Shown piece by piece: positions 10,862 to 23,532 of a stretch of DNA of 64,000 nucleotides. Origin of the DNA: Schizosaccharomyces osmophilus (lineage: Eukaryota). The stretch lies in NCBI RefSeq assembly GCF_027921745.1, contig NC_079238.1, positions 992,001 through 1,056,000 on the forward strand, read 5' to 3'. The translations under genes and the position numbers were made by a program. Each line of letters starts with the position of its first letter. Position 1 is the first letter of the stretch. Under the pieces are notes generated by a model that was not told the DNA's origin, did no database searches, and saw only the letters and a list, made by a program, of their open reading frames with translations.

Positions 10862-11069
10862 TAAAAAGGAGCGTAGTCTTTTAACTATATAAACCATATT
10901 CTTACAGGTTTATATGGATAATTGATGATGAATCCAACTGCCTACCCACTGTTTACGGACGTTTAACGAAAATTGGTCATTCTATTGAAAAATTATTTTT
11001 AAAAAATGATACTCAACACTCTTTTCTATATTATCGTGCGGAATCTCGTCCTGTAGTTATTTATCAAAC

Positions 11070-12140
11070 CTAGAAATTATCTTCGTAGTCATCCCCGGAC
11101 TTGTAAATTTTTAAATTTCGATAGAATTGTCTGTTTTCAGTAGTCTCCATAAAAGGAGCGGTCCAAATATGCTTTTCAGCATCTTCTCTATTAGTATATT
11201 GTTTAGGCCAGTCAGCTTCCTCGTCCTGCAACAACATAGGGCCGTCGCTTATTGGAAAAGAAACACTCTTTAAATTAAGAACGATGTTTTTGGTAATCTC
11301 ACCCAATTCTTCAGCCAAGTATCTTCTTTTGAAGAAACGATAAATGCGTCGTGGGGTATTAGTAAAGCCCAGAAGGTGTGGAAGTGGATAAAGAGCGATC
11401 AAATCAACTAAGCCAAGAGGCACATCTCCATTTACAGTAAGTTCTCTACAAAGTGAAATATCTTCAACAGGAGTAGCAGATCCTTGTTCTGGATGTTCTG
11501 GTGACTGAGAATCACTAGTCCCCTGCGGATCTGATTGAGGGAGGGATTCAGAAGTTTCAGAGGCTTCTTGTTTTTTGGTAGATTGTTCTTGCTCCTTCTT
11601 CATCTCATTTACTGTTTTCTCATCATATTCGTTGGAGAAAGCATACTTAATTCCATAGAGGAATTCTTTTAAAGCGTGTCTACCAAACAATAGGTTAACA
11701 CTAGGTTCATCACTTTCTTTTAAGAATGACTTAAGAAATTTTTCTGCTTCAGGTACCTCAGAAACCCCATTCCTTTTTTTCCAAACTGATGTAGCAATTT
11801 GCTCTAGCAAGTTACCCTCTCCTTTAGATTCAAAAACTTCAAAATCCACAGCAGCAGAATTCAAAATCGGACGAACGTACTTCTCGAACTCTTCTCTTGC
11901 TACCCATATTCCGTCGCCAGGAGGACCATGAAGGTATACTCGAACTTTTCTCGGCAAAGCTTGAGGCTCCAAAGGTGCTTTAGAGAGATGAGATACTTCA
12001 GCGCAATACTTTTGAATTGTCAAGTTTCTTTGATGAGTATCGTAGTAAATACCTCCCGATATACAGCCTACTAATCCCAGGAAAATTGACATATTCCTGC
12101 CAGGCATGTAGCTCTTTACAGTATTCAGCATTGAGGACAT
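11070..12140 (-). CDS. tim54: TIM22 complex subunit Tim54
   Basis: PPGDGIWVAREEFEKYVRPIL and PHLLGFTNTPRRIYRFF motifs. First ATG at 12140. Confidence 0.9.
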   Translation of the reverse strand: MSSMLNTVKSYMPGRNMSIFLGLVGCISGGIYYDTHQRNLTIQKYCAEVSHLSKAPLEPQALPRKVRVYLHGPPGDGIWVAREEFEKYVRPILNSAAVDFEVFESKGEGNLLEQIATSVWKKRNGVSEVPEAEKFLKSFLKESDEPSVNLLFGRHALKEFLYGIKYAFSNEYDEKTVNEMKKEQEQSTKKQEASETSESLPQSDPQGTSDSQSPEHPEQGSATPVEDISLCRELTVNGDVPLGLVDLIALYPLPHLLGFTNTPRRIYRFFKRRYLAEELGEITKNIVLNLKSVSFPISDGPMLLQDEEADWPKQYTNREDAEKHIWTAPFMETTENRQFYRNLKIYKSGDDYEDNF

Positions 12141-12832
12141 GATTGCCAATACTGAAGTAGAAATAGTATAAATATAAAGCAAAAGACTTCCTCTTGCTAT
12201 GATTTTGTGGAGGTCTTGATAGTTTGAAGTTTTATGAAACAACTTCCAAATTGGCCAATCGTAATCAAATGCAACAAGCAGCTAGTCTTCAACTGCACGA
12301 ATCTCCAATTAAAAAAATATATATATATAATTAATAGAAAAAATACTTTCTTTACCCAAAACGACTCTCGAGCCAAGTAGTTAGGTCTTATGTGCGAAGT
12401 TGGGAGACGTGGGCTTTCTACTCAGCTTTTCATTCTGTATCTCCAAAGAATAACGATCTGATGTAGCTCAGAAAGGAAACCGAGTCTCCTAATATGAATT
12501 TAATACCTTAGCTATTCTTTTCTTTTCTTCTAACTTGCCTTTTATTTCGTATTTACGGAAAAAAGAGTAAGATCGTATTTAACACGTATGGACTACTTTT
12601 TTATTTGATTTTCAATTAATTTATAACATGTGTTTCGGGTCGCTTAAAATTTTAACTATATAGGTATGCTAAGCTTTGAATTCTGGTATATTTCGCAAAT
12701 GGGAGAAAAGACTGCTTGATGTCTTGAAGATATTCATTAAAAACGAAAAGCTTTGGGTTTGCAACACAAGCATGCAAGATCAGAGAGCTTTAGAGACAAA
12801 TTGAGGAGGAATTTTTCTGGGATCAACTCAAT

Positions 12833-13857
12833 TTACAACAAAACGGTCGACTTTGCTTGTAATTCTTTTTGCTTTTGCTCTGCTGCGATAGTGGAAAGAA
12901 GTTGTGCTTTATAAGTCTCTGCGTTGGATGTAGAGTTCTGAGAGGGAACATTTCTTACTTGAAGTACATTCTGCTCGTTTTCTACAGTCGGAGAGCAATC
13001 CCTCTCCGAAAGCTGAAGTGAGCTAGAAGAACCTTTCATATGAGTATCTTCGGACTTCTTTTCATCAATGGAAAGCGGAGCCATAAGTCTGGACATAGAC
13101 TCCATACACTGGTGCATGATCTGAGCAGCATTCTTTTTATTATAAGCTGCGGGATTATCACCCGGGTAGACAACATCGTCGTTGATCATGTCAACTAAAA
13201 GCCGTGAATAGTAACCGACCGTCATTTGTTTCTGCGCTCGAACCTGAAACGCATCCATCAATTGCTGGAATGACGATTTCATAACTTCTCGTATCTTGTT
13301 ATCGAGTTGCATTTCCCCAACAAGGTTTTCTGCTTCCGTACGAACCAATTGGTTTTGTAAGTCTATTAGACGAGGAGAAAGTGGGTCCTTTTCTTCTTCT
13401 TTCTCAATGGATGCTACTAGTCGTTGGCGATGTGCTCTTGATGGTGCGATGCTATCTTCCATGTCACGAATTCCTTTCAGCTTGAGTCGGCTTTCATCAA
13501 ACTGCTTTACAAACTCCAGTTCGCTTTCACCGAGTTCACTGACTAAAACTCCAAGCTTGTCGCTAATGTCATTTATACTGACACTTCTGGTCCTGGATCC
13601 CCAATCACTCAAGTAGCCCCCGAAGTGACTAAGACCTTTTCCAGCTTGGCGATAAGCATCTACAGATGTCTTTCCTGATTTTATCATGCGGTGACTTCTC
13701 TTGGAATCCTCAGCATGTGATAATTCCTTCAGTTTGTTTATAGAGAACCCTGCATAAATTAGACTCTGCCGCATCCTTGACTCTTTCTTATGAACTTACC
13801 ACCTTTGTGAAGGCCTTTTACAAGGCCATTCTCCCGAAGAGATTCTCTTCTTTGCAT
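12833..13857 (-). CDS. meu14: Sporulation-specific Pil1/BAR-domain forespore-membrane protein
   Basis: Exons 13857-13800 and 13749-12833 (intron GTAAGT..CTAAT..CAG). Motifs DISDKLGVLVSELGE and LQNQLVRTEAENLVGE. Confidence 0.9.
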
Positions 13858-13887
13858 TTTTAGCTGCTTTGTAATAGATATGTGTTT

Positions 13888-13988
13888 TGTTTACATTCGC
13901 TGCCACTATATAGTATACACCTACCTCACCTCCAGTTCGTCAGACGAACAAAACATAAACATGGATTTTAATCCTACGTAAACAAACA
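13888..13988. promoter_or_regulatory. Two FLEX (forkhead/Mei4) elements upstream of meu14
   Basis: TGTTTAC at 13888-13894 and GTAAACAAACA at 13978-13988, upstream of a mid-meiotic gene. Confidence 0.7.
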
Positions 13989-14414
13989 ACAAAGTAATCA
14001 ATACCACGAATAAGCAATGTTTGCTTATTTAGTTAACGAAGGAAAAAACAAACCGACTTTTCTGACTATAGGTTTTGAGACTCGCAGTACTCCTCTGTTT
14101 TAAGATAATTGATTTTACGACAGTACATTTCTTACTGTGTGTATTATCATGCAATTCTTACATGTTATTAACTTACAATTACCAGATCGTGTCAATAGCA
14201 ATTGAAATGAACCCAAAATTGAAAAATCCCAATTTATCCAGAAACCGATACCATCCTAGTATCTATCTACACTATATTTTTTAATGACCTAAAATTAGGT
14301 GCACTTAACGTTCATACCGAATCCAAAATAACATCGATGTAGTCAATGTAATTATAACATCCATTTTTAATTGGTTTTGAAAAGTAGATCCCAAACTGTA
14401 GCTTCAGCAATAGT

Positions 14415-15500
14415 TTATTGTACACGGACGAGTTTAACTTCAAAGACCAAAGTTGAGTTCTTGGGAATACCAGGAATGCTCTGGTTACCGTAAGCCATGG
14501 GAGCGGGAATGACGATCTTACGTTCACCGCCTTCATTCATACCAGCGACACCAATATCCCAACCACGAATGACTTCACCACGACCCAAAAGGAAAGCAAA
14601 GGGCTTACCCTTGGTGTTCTTGTCAAAAACCTTTCCGTTTTCAAGCTTACCAATGTAACGCATTTCAACCTTTTTGCCATTAGTAGCAGCGGTACCGTTT
14701 CCGGTTTTTACGTCAGTAACAGAAACACCACCTTTCAATGTGCGAGTCTTAGGTTGTTGCTTTTGCTCTTGTTGTTGATCCTTCTTGGCGGCGGGACCAG
14801 TAGGGCCTTGCTCAAGCTTCTCAGCAAAAGCAACCTTCTTCTCTTTGTTGGGCTTCTCGGTCTTCTGCTTCTTGTTTTCGTTTTTTTGAGGAGAAGCGGT
14901 TTCCTCTTGGTTAGCGCGCTTCTTCTTGGGTTCCTCAGCCTTTTTGGCGGGAACATTGTCCAACTCGTCTTCTTCAGACTCTTCTTCTTCTTCACCTTCC
15001 TCAGAGTCCTCTTCATCGTCGTTCTTTTCATCACTCATGGTGTCAACCAAATCGTCTTCACTTGGAGACAAGTCATAGTCTTCATCATCTTCCTCATCAT
15101 CACTATGATCGTGCTCTTCTTCTTCATCGTTCACTAAGAAGTTACCAGAAAGATGAATAGTAGCATCTCCTGTAGTTCTGAAAAAAACCTCATCACCAGG
15201 GGTGATGGTCAAGTTCAAAGGTTGTTGGAACAAAGAGCCAGGCTTCAAGGTGCACAAAACAAACTCACGCTGGCTTTCTTCAAGGAGTTCCTTCATTTGC
15301 TCATCCATTTCTTCATCGTCCTCTGTGTCCACAGGCATGCTGGGGCGCACCTTTACCCAAAGACTTGTGGCCTTGTTAGTTTTTTCACTAGCATCAATGG
15401 ATGCCATTGTCAAGTGAATTGATGCATCTGTGGATTCCTCCACAGCAGGAACATCAGTTCCTTTGACAGAAAGGCTATAAACAGCAATTGGAAGTGACAT
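14415..15500 (-). CDS. fkbp39: Nucleoplasmin-domain FKBP peptidyl-prolyl isomerase / histone chaperone
   Basis: NPL domain, acidic tract and C-terminal FKBP domain (GEVIRGWDIGV, PAPMAYG). Confidence 0.93.
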   Translation of the reverse strand: MSLPIAVYSLSVKGTDVPAVEESTDASIHLTMASIDASEKTNKATSLWVKVRPSMPVDTEDDEEMDEQMKELLEESQREFVLCTLKPGSLFQQPLNLTITPGDEVFFRTTGDATIHLSGNFLVNDEEEEHDHSDDEEDDEDYDLSPSEDDLVDTMSDEKNDDEEDSEEGEEEEESEEDELDNVPAKKAEEPKKKRANQEETASPQKNENKKQKTEKPNKEKKVAFAEKLEQGPTGPAAKKDQQQEQKQQPKTRTLKGGVSVTDVKTGNGTAATNGKKVEMRYIGKLENGKVFDKNTKGKPFAFLLGRGEVIRGWDIGVAGMNEGGERKIVIPAPMAYGNQSIPGIPKNSTLVFEVKLVRVQ

Positions 15501-15957
15501 TTTTTATTTTGTCTTTGAAGGTGAGGTGGTGGAGGATGGAAAATTTTGGTCCTCAAATAAAGGTTCTTTCAAACTCGGGGAAGGGTAATGCACATACAAC
15601 TTGGCGCGTTTCAGTTTTTATTAAATGTAACTGTAAGCGCGCATCACAACAAACAAAAAGAAAAGGAGGTTTGCTTATAATTTATACTTGGTGTCAATAT
15701 CGTGCATAAGGATCATTTGGCAGATTTTTGGAGAGAGGGTATGCTGATTTTAAGTGTCTTGTTTTTGGTTTCTTTGGATAAGCATTAGATTTGTGTGGTA
15801 CGTCGAGAGACATTGACAAAGAATTAATCAGACGCCTTTTTCTTCCTTTTATTTAAAATAAAGGTACTATGCTACTTTAAATGCCATACTATCTATTTCT
15901 CGAAAATTTTTTAGGCTTTGGTTTCTTTAGCAGAATCAGAGACTATTGCGTTTAAGC

Positions 15958-18810
15958 ATGGCTTTGCAACGAAAAAAGCGAGAGCATCCAACTGGAAATG
16001 CCGATTTCAATGAGCTTGAGGACGATGCTTATGAGAGCGTAGGGTTTCATGACCATGGGGATTATTTTGAACGAAAAAAGAGAAAACTGCAGAATCAGAA
16101 TGCTGCTCTCTATAGAGGTATGGGGGAGTCATCAGTATCGAATATATTTGAAGGACTTAGTATGGCCATAAACGGTTACACAAATCCATCGTATTCCGAG
16201 TTACGAACGATGATAATTCAAAATGGAGGAACCTTCGTACAATACGTGGGCAAAAAGACAAGCTTATCTTTTCTAATTTGCTCCTTTCTAACTCCTTCTA
16301 AGGCTAATCAATGGAAGCATCATAAAGTCGTGACCCCTCAATGGATAGTTGATTGCATCCGTAATCAAAAACTACTACCTTGGACAAATTATCGTGCTGT
16401 CCATCCTGTTGCTTCACAGTCTTTACTTTCTTTTTCTGACGCTTTTAAAGAAGTTGTACCTCAAATATCTGAGCAGCATCATGAATCCTCGGAGGTTGAA
16501 GATCAAACCCAAGATGCGCTACCGTCAAATGATGTAGGACAAACAGAAACAAAGAAAATGAACGACGAATTGCCCAATTCTCTGAAATTTTTATCTAGAT
16601 CTGCATGGCACAATTATCACTTGTTGAATACCCCAAACATCCGAAAGTCTACTACCCAAAATCCAGAGTTTCTTCAGAAGTTCTTTAATTCTTCTCGATT
16701 GCACCATCTTAGCACATGGAAGACTGCTTTAAAAGAGGAAATTCAAATAATGACGACTTCTTCTGGTCTTACTTCAGTCAGGAATGTGAAGAGCATAAAT
16801 ACGAAGCACTTTATTATGCACGTTGACTTTGATTGTTTTTTTGCCGCTGTGTCTACTAGAAATGCTAGTGAGTTACAGCTTAAGCCTGTAGCTGTTGCTC
16901 ATGGTATAAAAAATTCAGAAATTGCTAGTTGTAATTATGAAGCTAGGAAATATGGGATCAAAAATGGAATGTTTGTGTCTACGGCTAAAAGCTTGTGTCC
17001 TTCTTTGGTACTTGTTGACTATGATTTCGATGCATATGAATCTGTTTCACGAGAATTTTATTCCGTTTTAGTCGATACTCCTAACGACTATTTGAAAGTG
17101 ATCAGTATTGACGAAGCTTTACTTGATTTGACTACTCACGTTCAGTCTTTTGAAGATTGCGCGAATATCGCAGAGTCCATTCGTAAGCGAGTTAGGACTA
17201 GAACGAATTGCGATGTTAGTGTAGGCATTGGATCAAACGTTCTGCTAGCAAGGCTTGCCTTACGAAAAGCAAAGCCGCATAACGTATTTTATATTAGGGA
17301 TGAAGATGCATATGTGTACTTGCAATCTCTCCCTGTTCAAGATTTACCCGGTGTTGGCCCCTCACAGTCTTCCAAGCTGTTCGACTTGTATAACGCAAAA
17401 ACAGTTGGAGATTTGCAAAAAATAAATAAACATATCCTTCAAAAAACGTTCGGTGCCAATTATGGATTGCATTTGTATAATATATCTCGGGGAGCCGATA
17501 CTAATAATATAAGCAATGAAACCCCGCGTCGATCTATTTCTGTTGATGTGAATTGGGGTGTTCGCTTTGTCTTTTTGGAAGATGCAATGGATTTTTTGAA
17601 ACGTCTTTTGCAAGAGCTACTTAATCGTATGTCTAAATGCGACGTCGCGTTACATCAACTCCAACTTCGGGTCTTAAAGCGAGCAGAAAATGCTCCATTT
17701 AATCCTATTAAATATCTTGGTGCTGGCGAAGTTACGCCCTTGACGAAATCTGCAATGTTTACTTCTGCCACGAAGTCATTTGATATACTTTACAGACAAA
17801 TAGTAAATCTTTATATATCTCTGGATGTGGATCCAGGAGATGTGCGAGGAATTGGTCTGCAGGCATCTAAGATTGTGAAGGACAGTAATAATGAACAATC
17901 GTTCAATTTTAACGCGCCGCTGAAAACCCCTCAGAAGAAAATCCTTCCTGGCTTATCGAACAGACAGCATACTCAAGGTCAAGGTCAAGAATTTGATGAA
18001 ATTTACGAAAAAAAAGAACCTTCTCCGACTGACACTACTTTTGTTCCATCCACTCCGTACAATCTTCCTTCAGCCTCACAGATGAGTCCAAGCGTTTTGG
18101 CCCAACTGCCGCAGTCTATGCAAGGAAGCATAAAACGACAATTGGAAGTACAAAACAAAAAATTCGACGAAATCCCAAGCAAGTTGGATCCACTGTTTTT
18201 GAAGGAGTTACCTACGCCAATTAGGAATGAGGTAAAGGAAGATCATGAAATTACCATGAATAAGCGGATAAAGCTGAAAACTCATGCGCGACCTAATGAA
18301 AAGGTTCCAGAGGAGACGGTGGAAAAAATTCAACAGCAAGATGCTTTTCAAAAGATGTTGAGACCAAATAAGAAGGAAAAAAAGAAAAACCTTCCACAGG
18401 TAGATCTTCAGGTACTGGAAGAGCTCCCAAAAGAAATCCAAGAGAGTGTATTAGAGGAAATTAAACTTAGTCGGTATGATTTAGCTCGAGAAGTAAAGAT
18501 GATGCCGAATCCTGTCGTTACTTTTCAGCAGAAACAATCAATAGATGACCTTCGAGAGCTAGTAGCAATTTGGTACGAAAAATCGCCAAGGGGACCTAAT
18601 TCACATGATGTTGAATACTTTTCAAGGTACCTTGGCCGTGTTGTTCGGGAAGAGCGAAACTTATTGAAAGTACAAGCTTTAATTCGATGGCTTCAGCAAT
18701 TGAATCGCAGAAACAAGGTAGGAGCTTGGCAAATGGCAATAGACAGAACCGTTGAGGCAGTTCAAGAAGCATGTTTAATAAGGAACACACCTCCACTCGT
18801 TTTATTGTAA
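15958..18810 (+). CDS. rev1: Y-family deoxycytidyl transferase Rev1
   Basis: N-terminal BRCT domain; SRLHHLSTWK, HVDFDCFF, SCNYEAR and SIDEA motifs; UBM-like repeats. Confidence 0.95.
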   Translation: MALQRKKREHPTGNADFNELEDDAYESVGFHDHGDYFERKKRKLQNQNAALYRGMGESSVSNIFEGLSMAINGYTNPSYSELRTMIIQNGGTFVQYVGKKTSLSFLICSFLTPSKANQWKHHKVVTPQWIVDCIRNQKLLPWTNYRAVHPVASQSLLSFSDAFKEVVPQISEQHHESSEVEDQTQDALPSNDVGQTETKKMNDELPNSLKFLSRSAWHNYHLLNTPNIRKSTTQNPEFLQKFFNSSRLHHLSTWKTALKEEIQIMTTSSGLTSVRNVKSINTKHFIMHVDFDCFFAAVSTRNASELQLKPVAVAHGIKNSEIASCNYEARKYGIKNGMFVSTAKSLCPSLVLVDYDFDAYESVSREFYSVLVDTPNDYLKVISIDEALLDLTTHVQSFEDCANIAESIRKRVRTRTNCDVSVGIGSNVLLARLALRKAKPHNVFYIRDEDAYVYLQSLPVQDLPGVGPSQSSKLFDLYNAKTVGDLQKINKHILQKTFGANYGLHLYNISRGADTNNISNETPRRSISVDVNWGVRFVFLEDAMDFLKRLLQELLNRMSKCDVALHQLQLRVLKRAENAPFNPIKYLGAGEVTPLTKSAMFTSATKSFDILYRQIVNLYISLDVDPGDVRGIGLQASKIVKDSNNEQSFNFNAPLKTPQKKILPGLSNRQHTQGQGQEFDEIYEKKEPSPTDTTFVPSTPYNLPSASQMSPSVLAQLPQSMQGSIKRQLEVQNKKFDEIPSKLDPLFLKELPTPIRNEVKEDHEITMNKRIKLKTHARPNEKVPEETVEKIQQQDAFQKMLRPNKKEKKKNLPQVDLQVLEELPKEIQESVLEEIKLSRYDLAREVKMMPNPVVTFQQKQSIDDLRELVAIWYEKSPRGPNSHDVEYFSRYLGRVVREERNLLKVQALIRWLQQLNRRNKVGAWQMAIDRTVEAVQEACLIRNTPPLVLL

Positions 18811-19177
18811 ATAGTTTCACGCATTATGTTTCATTTATGACTTTTAGATTTTTTTAATTTTTTTTTGTTTTTATTATTTACTTTGGTTATGAATTATGAA
18901 TTCGTATATAGATTATAACGGATTATTCATTCGATCCATATTTTTGAAAATGGTTAAAGGGTTTCATGAGTAGCATGGCAAACGAGAATCTGTGAGCAAT
19001 TTTTGTTGCGCATAATAAAAGAATATACATAAGATTCTCATCTATCACTAAACCAAAGATGGAATGTCGTGAAAAATCAAAGGAGTATGAGTGCATTATA
19101 GCCGTAAAAAAAGAAATTAAGCATGGCAAAAGCTGAAGAGAAATCAAAAGGAAAGATATTAAAAAGACGAATTGGCT

Positions 19178-20140
19178 TTAACCACTCAATTCATTAATCA
19201 GTTGCCATTTTTTATTGGATTCTTTGAAAAGGTAAACCTTGTTGTCACCGCAAGATACAGCGAGGATATTACCGGAAAGAGACCAAGAAACACGCCAAGC
19301 GACATCTGGGAACTTCTCTTCAGTTAGGGGAGTTTTCTGCCAAGGGCAATCACCCTCCTTTGTCCATATGAAAACGTTTTTGTCTTGAGAAGCAGATGCA
19401 AGGTATGTTTTGGTAAGGCCAACACTGGGAGCCCAAGCAACGTCTCTAGTCCAGTCGACATGGCCTGTGAGAGTATCTTCTAAAATCCAGTTGTTGACAT
19501 TAGAATCAAATGCCCAAATTTTAACAAGATTGTCGCATCCTGCACTAGCTAACTTCTTAGGGCCTGCAGCTGGTGACTGACCTACGATTGAGCCCGAAAG
19601 ACTTGGCGGAGACCAGCAAACGGCATTACAGCCGGACTCGTGGGTGGAAAACATCCTGGTATCATATGAACCATCATCTTTAAAATCCAAGACGGAAACC
19701 TTGCCGTCTGAGCTTGCACAAGCAAGAAGAGCCCCGTACTCATGAGGAGCCCAGGAAACGGCATTGACGGAAGCTTGGTGAGCACTATAATCAATTAATT
19801 GTCTCCAAACACCATCAACTTCACGCCAAACGATAACATGACCATCATACGAAGCAGAAGCGAGAATCGTCCCAAACTTAGGATGAGCCCAGTCTAACTG
19901 CCAAACAGGGCCTGTATGACCATGAAGGACCTCTAATAATGTTTGTTGGTTATTTTCCAAAGAGAACACCTTGATGGTGTGGTCAGACGAACAAGTAGCC
20001 AAACGTTTTCCATAGTAATCCAATATCGCATCGTGCTATCATAGATGTTAATTCCGCATTCACCATTTAAACTTTCTAAAACCACCCTCTAGCATATTTC
20101 TTACCATCATATCATCATGCTGTGAGTCTATTGTAGTCAT
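19178..20140 (-). CDS. sec13: COPII/nucleoporin WD40 protein Sec13
   Basis: Exons 20140-20105 and 20035-19178. Motifs [13 protein letters not shown] and [16 protein letters not shown]. Confidence 0.96.
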
Positions 20141-20545
20141 TTTTCGTGATGTATCTTATTGAATATGTGTCTTGTAGTTGGATACTTGGATTTCTCTCGT
20201 CTAAACACTAGAATTCTGTGTTACCCATCGGTAACCTTCATTAATACGTATTGACTGTGTACGTTGCAAAACATTAAATACAACGAAGATATGTAAGTCA
20301 TTGTTTAACGAGTTTGAAGGCTTAAATGTAATCGCCTTTAACGACATAGAATGCTCAACACCAATAGTCCAGGTAAGAACTATAGCAGAAGGGTAAATAA
20401 GAGAGATTCTTTCTAGCGATAGATACTTTGCAATTTGCACTTTGACATAAAGAAACAACGGAATAGAAGTGTTCTATACCTAGAAACTTTCGTGTGCCTA
20501 TTCCTCAAGGAAGACGAATATTCCCTCCATGAGTCGGAAATTAAC

Positions 20546-21199
20546 ATGGGTGCTTACAATAGTAAAATAAGTGATCGTGATCGAAGTATATTGAAGATAA
20601 AGGAACAAAGAGATAAGCTATTGCGGTACCATAAACGCTTAGAACGGATTGAGCAACTAGAAGTAAGTTTTGCTCGAAAGTGTCTCGCCGACAACAATAG
20701 AAAGGGCGCTTTGAAAGCATTATCTGCTAAGAAGTTTTATTCTGGACTCATTGAACAATCTTATGGTCAACTGGGAAATATTGAGCAACTTCTTTCTTCT
20801 ATAGAGTTCACACTCATTCAACAAGACGTTCTTTTTGGTCTTCAAGAAGGCTCGGGTATACTTCAGCAATTACAAAAAGAGATGCCTTTAGAAAGAATTG
20901 ACAAGATATGCAATGATAATGATGAAGCTAGTCAGTACGTCGACGAGGTCAATGTCATATTACAGGGAAGAATGTCAAGAGACCAAGAAGATGAAGTCCA
21001 AGCTGAATTAGACGCCCTTATTCAAGAGCAGGAAGACCACCCAAGCAAAAGTCAACTAAGGGAAAGACAGCCTGTATTTCCTACAGTTCCTCAGACAAAA
21101 CCAAATCGTCCTGTGGAAGTGAAACCAGAAAACGCATTTCATTCAAATCAAATTCCATCTACGGCCGACAACGACAAACAGCAAGCCCTTCTAAGTTGA
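20546..21199 (+). CDS. vps20: ESCRT-III subunit Vps20
   Basis: Myristoylation-type MGAYNS start and Snf7-family coiled coil. Confidence 0.88.
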   Translation: MGAYNSKISDRDRSILKIKEQRDKLLRYHKRLERIEQLEVSFARKCLADNNRKGALKALSAKKFYSGLIEQSYGQLGNIEQLLSSIEFTLIQQDVLFGLQEGSGILQQLQKEMPLERIDKICNDNDEASQYVDEVNVILQGRMSRDQEDEVQAELDALIQEQEDHPSKSQLRERQPVFPTVPQTKPNRPVEVKPENAFHSNQIPSTADNDKQQALLS

Positions 21200-21697
21200 A
21201 ATACCTTTTTGCTTGAATTTTCATGTTTTTCTATAATTTCTTTTCTAATAAGCTTTCCCGCTCTGTCATTTTCACTTGGTGTTTCAGTTTAGGCCTGACT
21301 TACAAAAACTATCTTGTCTCAACTCTTTTACGACCTAGCATAATGTTTCAAACCCATATTTATTAAGCAAGTTCATAAATATTATAATATCAAACAACAA
21401 AAGGAATAAGGAATTAAATAATTCCTAAGTAGGCGTTTAAAGCACCAAAAAAATCAAATCGTCAAGTCGGAGACTGACTTCTTTCATAATTATTTCTAAA
21501 GTGTCTCAAAACAACAAGAATATATCATAAGAAATAAAAGCTTGTTATATTAATTATGTAAGCAATTTCGTTCAAGTATTATCAGTAAAACACATTGAAA
21601 GAGCCTGAATGAAAAAGGTTCGGTTTTTCAACGACAAAAAAAAATAAATAAAATTTAAAAAGATTTCCAAAATTATAGGAGACTTTCATGTCATACT

Positions 21698-22915
21698 TCA
21701 CATTAAAATAAAAATAGCAAGGCTTGCAAAACAAAAGGCGGAAGCTAAAGCTCCAACTCCATAAAACTTAGTTGATGAAGTTAAAGAATTGGATGAGCTA
21801 TCCACAACAACTAATAAAACACTTGAATCTGTCGACTTTGACTTATAAGTGCTTGTGCGTCCATTTATAGTCGCGACAGTTACCTTGTAAATAGTAGATG
21901 GTCGGTAAGTCCTGTGTGCACTAGTAATGCGTGTAACGCTTGCTTGTTGAGAAGATGACTTTAAGCGTACCGATGAAGACGTCGATTGAGTAGTACTCGA
22001 AGATGAAGCAGAACTTGAAGATAGTCTCCTGCTGGATGATCTAGTCGTTGTAAACTCACTCGAAGATGAAGGCATCGAGCTAGATTTTTTAGAAGATGAT
22101 GAGCGTGACGTGGAAGACTTAGAGCTTGAATTGAAAGGATAGTAAGAAGACGATGATGATTTATCGACCGTAGAAGAAACGGGACTCGAAGAAGAAGAAG
22201 AAGGAGACGACGATGAAGAGGAAAAAGAAGGCGATGAAGAAGATCTAATAGTGAAGTCGGATGATGAGCTAGGGCTCGAAAAGACAGATGACGAAGAACT
22301 AGGTGATGAGGTAGATGAAGATGGGCTCAAAGAAAATTGTGAAGAGGATGACGATGAAATAGAAGCACTTGAGGAAAAACTGGAGCTGCTTTCACTACTA
22401 CTGCTGCTAGTTGAGAATACGGAAGAGCTAGACGGTTCGCTGCTGCTAGTAGAAGAATCAGACGTAGAACTGCTAGGACTCGACGAAGTAGAAGAAAAAG
22501 AATTCTCTTGCGAAGATGAAGGAGTTGAAAAAAATGCATCTGAAGTTGCACTGGTACCTGTCGAACCTACAGATGAGGAAGACGAATCGGACGTCGTGGA
22601 TGAACTCAATGAGGAAAAAGGCGGAGTGCTGCTATACGAAGTACTACCAGAATTTGGGGAAGCAGAGGACAAAGAGTCACTACTTGTAGGATAGCTATTC
22701 GTTGTACTGTCACTCTTAAAGCTACTTACTCCACCACCGGTTTGAACAGCAGCCCGTGCGTAACGGCTATACAACTTCTCTTCAAAACTCAATTCAGTAG
22801 GAACATGCTCAACGGAAGTTGTATTCCATTTTGATTTCTCCTTCACATTCGGAACATTATAGCAGTGGGCGACATATACAATCGCCAAGAAGAATAATAG
22901 AGAATAACGGTTCAT
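21698..22915 (-). CDS. mtl3: Serine-rich cell-surface protein (Mtl-like)
   Basis: Signal peptide, long Ser/Thr tract and C-terminal hydrophobic anchor. Name rests on syntenic position. Confidence 0.75.
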   Translation of the reverse strand: MNRYSLLFFLAIVYVAHCYNVPNVKEKSKWNTTSVEHVPTELSFEEKLYSRYARAAVQTGGGVSSFKSDSTTNSYPTSSDSLSSASPNSGSTSYSSTPPFSSLSSSTTSDSSSSSVGSTGTSATSDAFFSTPSSSQENSFSSTSSSPSSSTSDSSTSSSEPSSSSVFSTSSSSSESSSSFSSSASISSSSSSQFSLSPSSSTSSPSSSSSVFSSPSSSSDFTIRSSSSPSFSSSSSSPSSSSSSPVSSTVDKSSSSSYYPFNSSSKSSTSRSSSSKKSSSMPSSSSEFTTTRSSSRRLSSSSASSSSTTQSTSSSVRLKSSSQQASVTRITSAHRTYRPSTIYKVTVATINGRTSTYKSKSTDSSVLLVVVDSSSNSLTSSTKFYGVGALASAFCFASLAIFILM

Positions 22916-23532
22916 TAAAGCAGAAAAGGTATCGGAGTTTTTTTATCTTTATTTTTATTGAGTATTTCCTCAGTATGAACGATATTTCGCCAGTTCCTCC
23001 CGTCCCTTCAAAATTCGGTAATTCGTAGAATGTTAGTATGGTGTGAAGTTCGAAAACTTCAAGACATGAGAAGAGGTGCCTATAAGCAAAATGCAATAAG
23101 AAAGCAAAATACGAGGATAAATTTGAAACTTATAGTAATGAGGTATATTTCTTGCATCTAGTTTTTCAGAAGTTTCCATATTACCAATAGCCAAATCCTC
23201 GACTTGCGATGTGTAAAAATTGGCATAAAGACAATCCCTCTTATAATTACTGATCTTTCATAGAAATATAAATATGTATTCAAAATATAAAGTCAACGCT
23301 TACTCTTGTGTACAGAAGCAAGATAAGCGTGGTGCTTTGACAGATTTATTCTTCATAATCCCAAGTTTGATAATTATAAAGTAGTATTTATTGTTCGTTC
23401 CATCACTACTTCCCAATAAAGCTTACAAAAATAAAAAATTGAAACTGAAACCAACTAAACCTGTCTTTTCAAATTATTATAGACTATAGTATTTATCAAG
23501 CATGTACATAGTCATCTAATACTCATTGTTTA

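Noticed and set aside
22251..22694. 147-aa acidic plus-strand ORF
   Set aside because: Antisense shadow of the Ser-rich mtl3 repeats.
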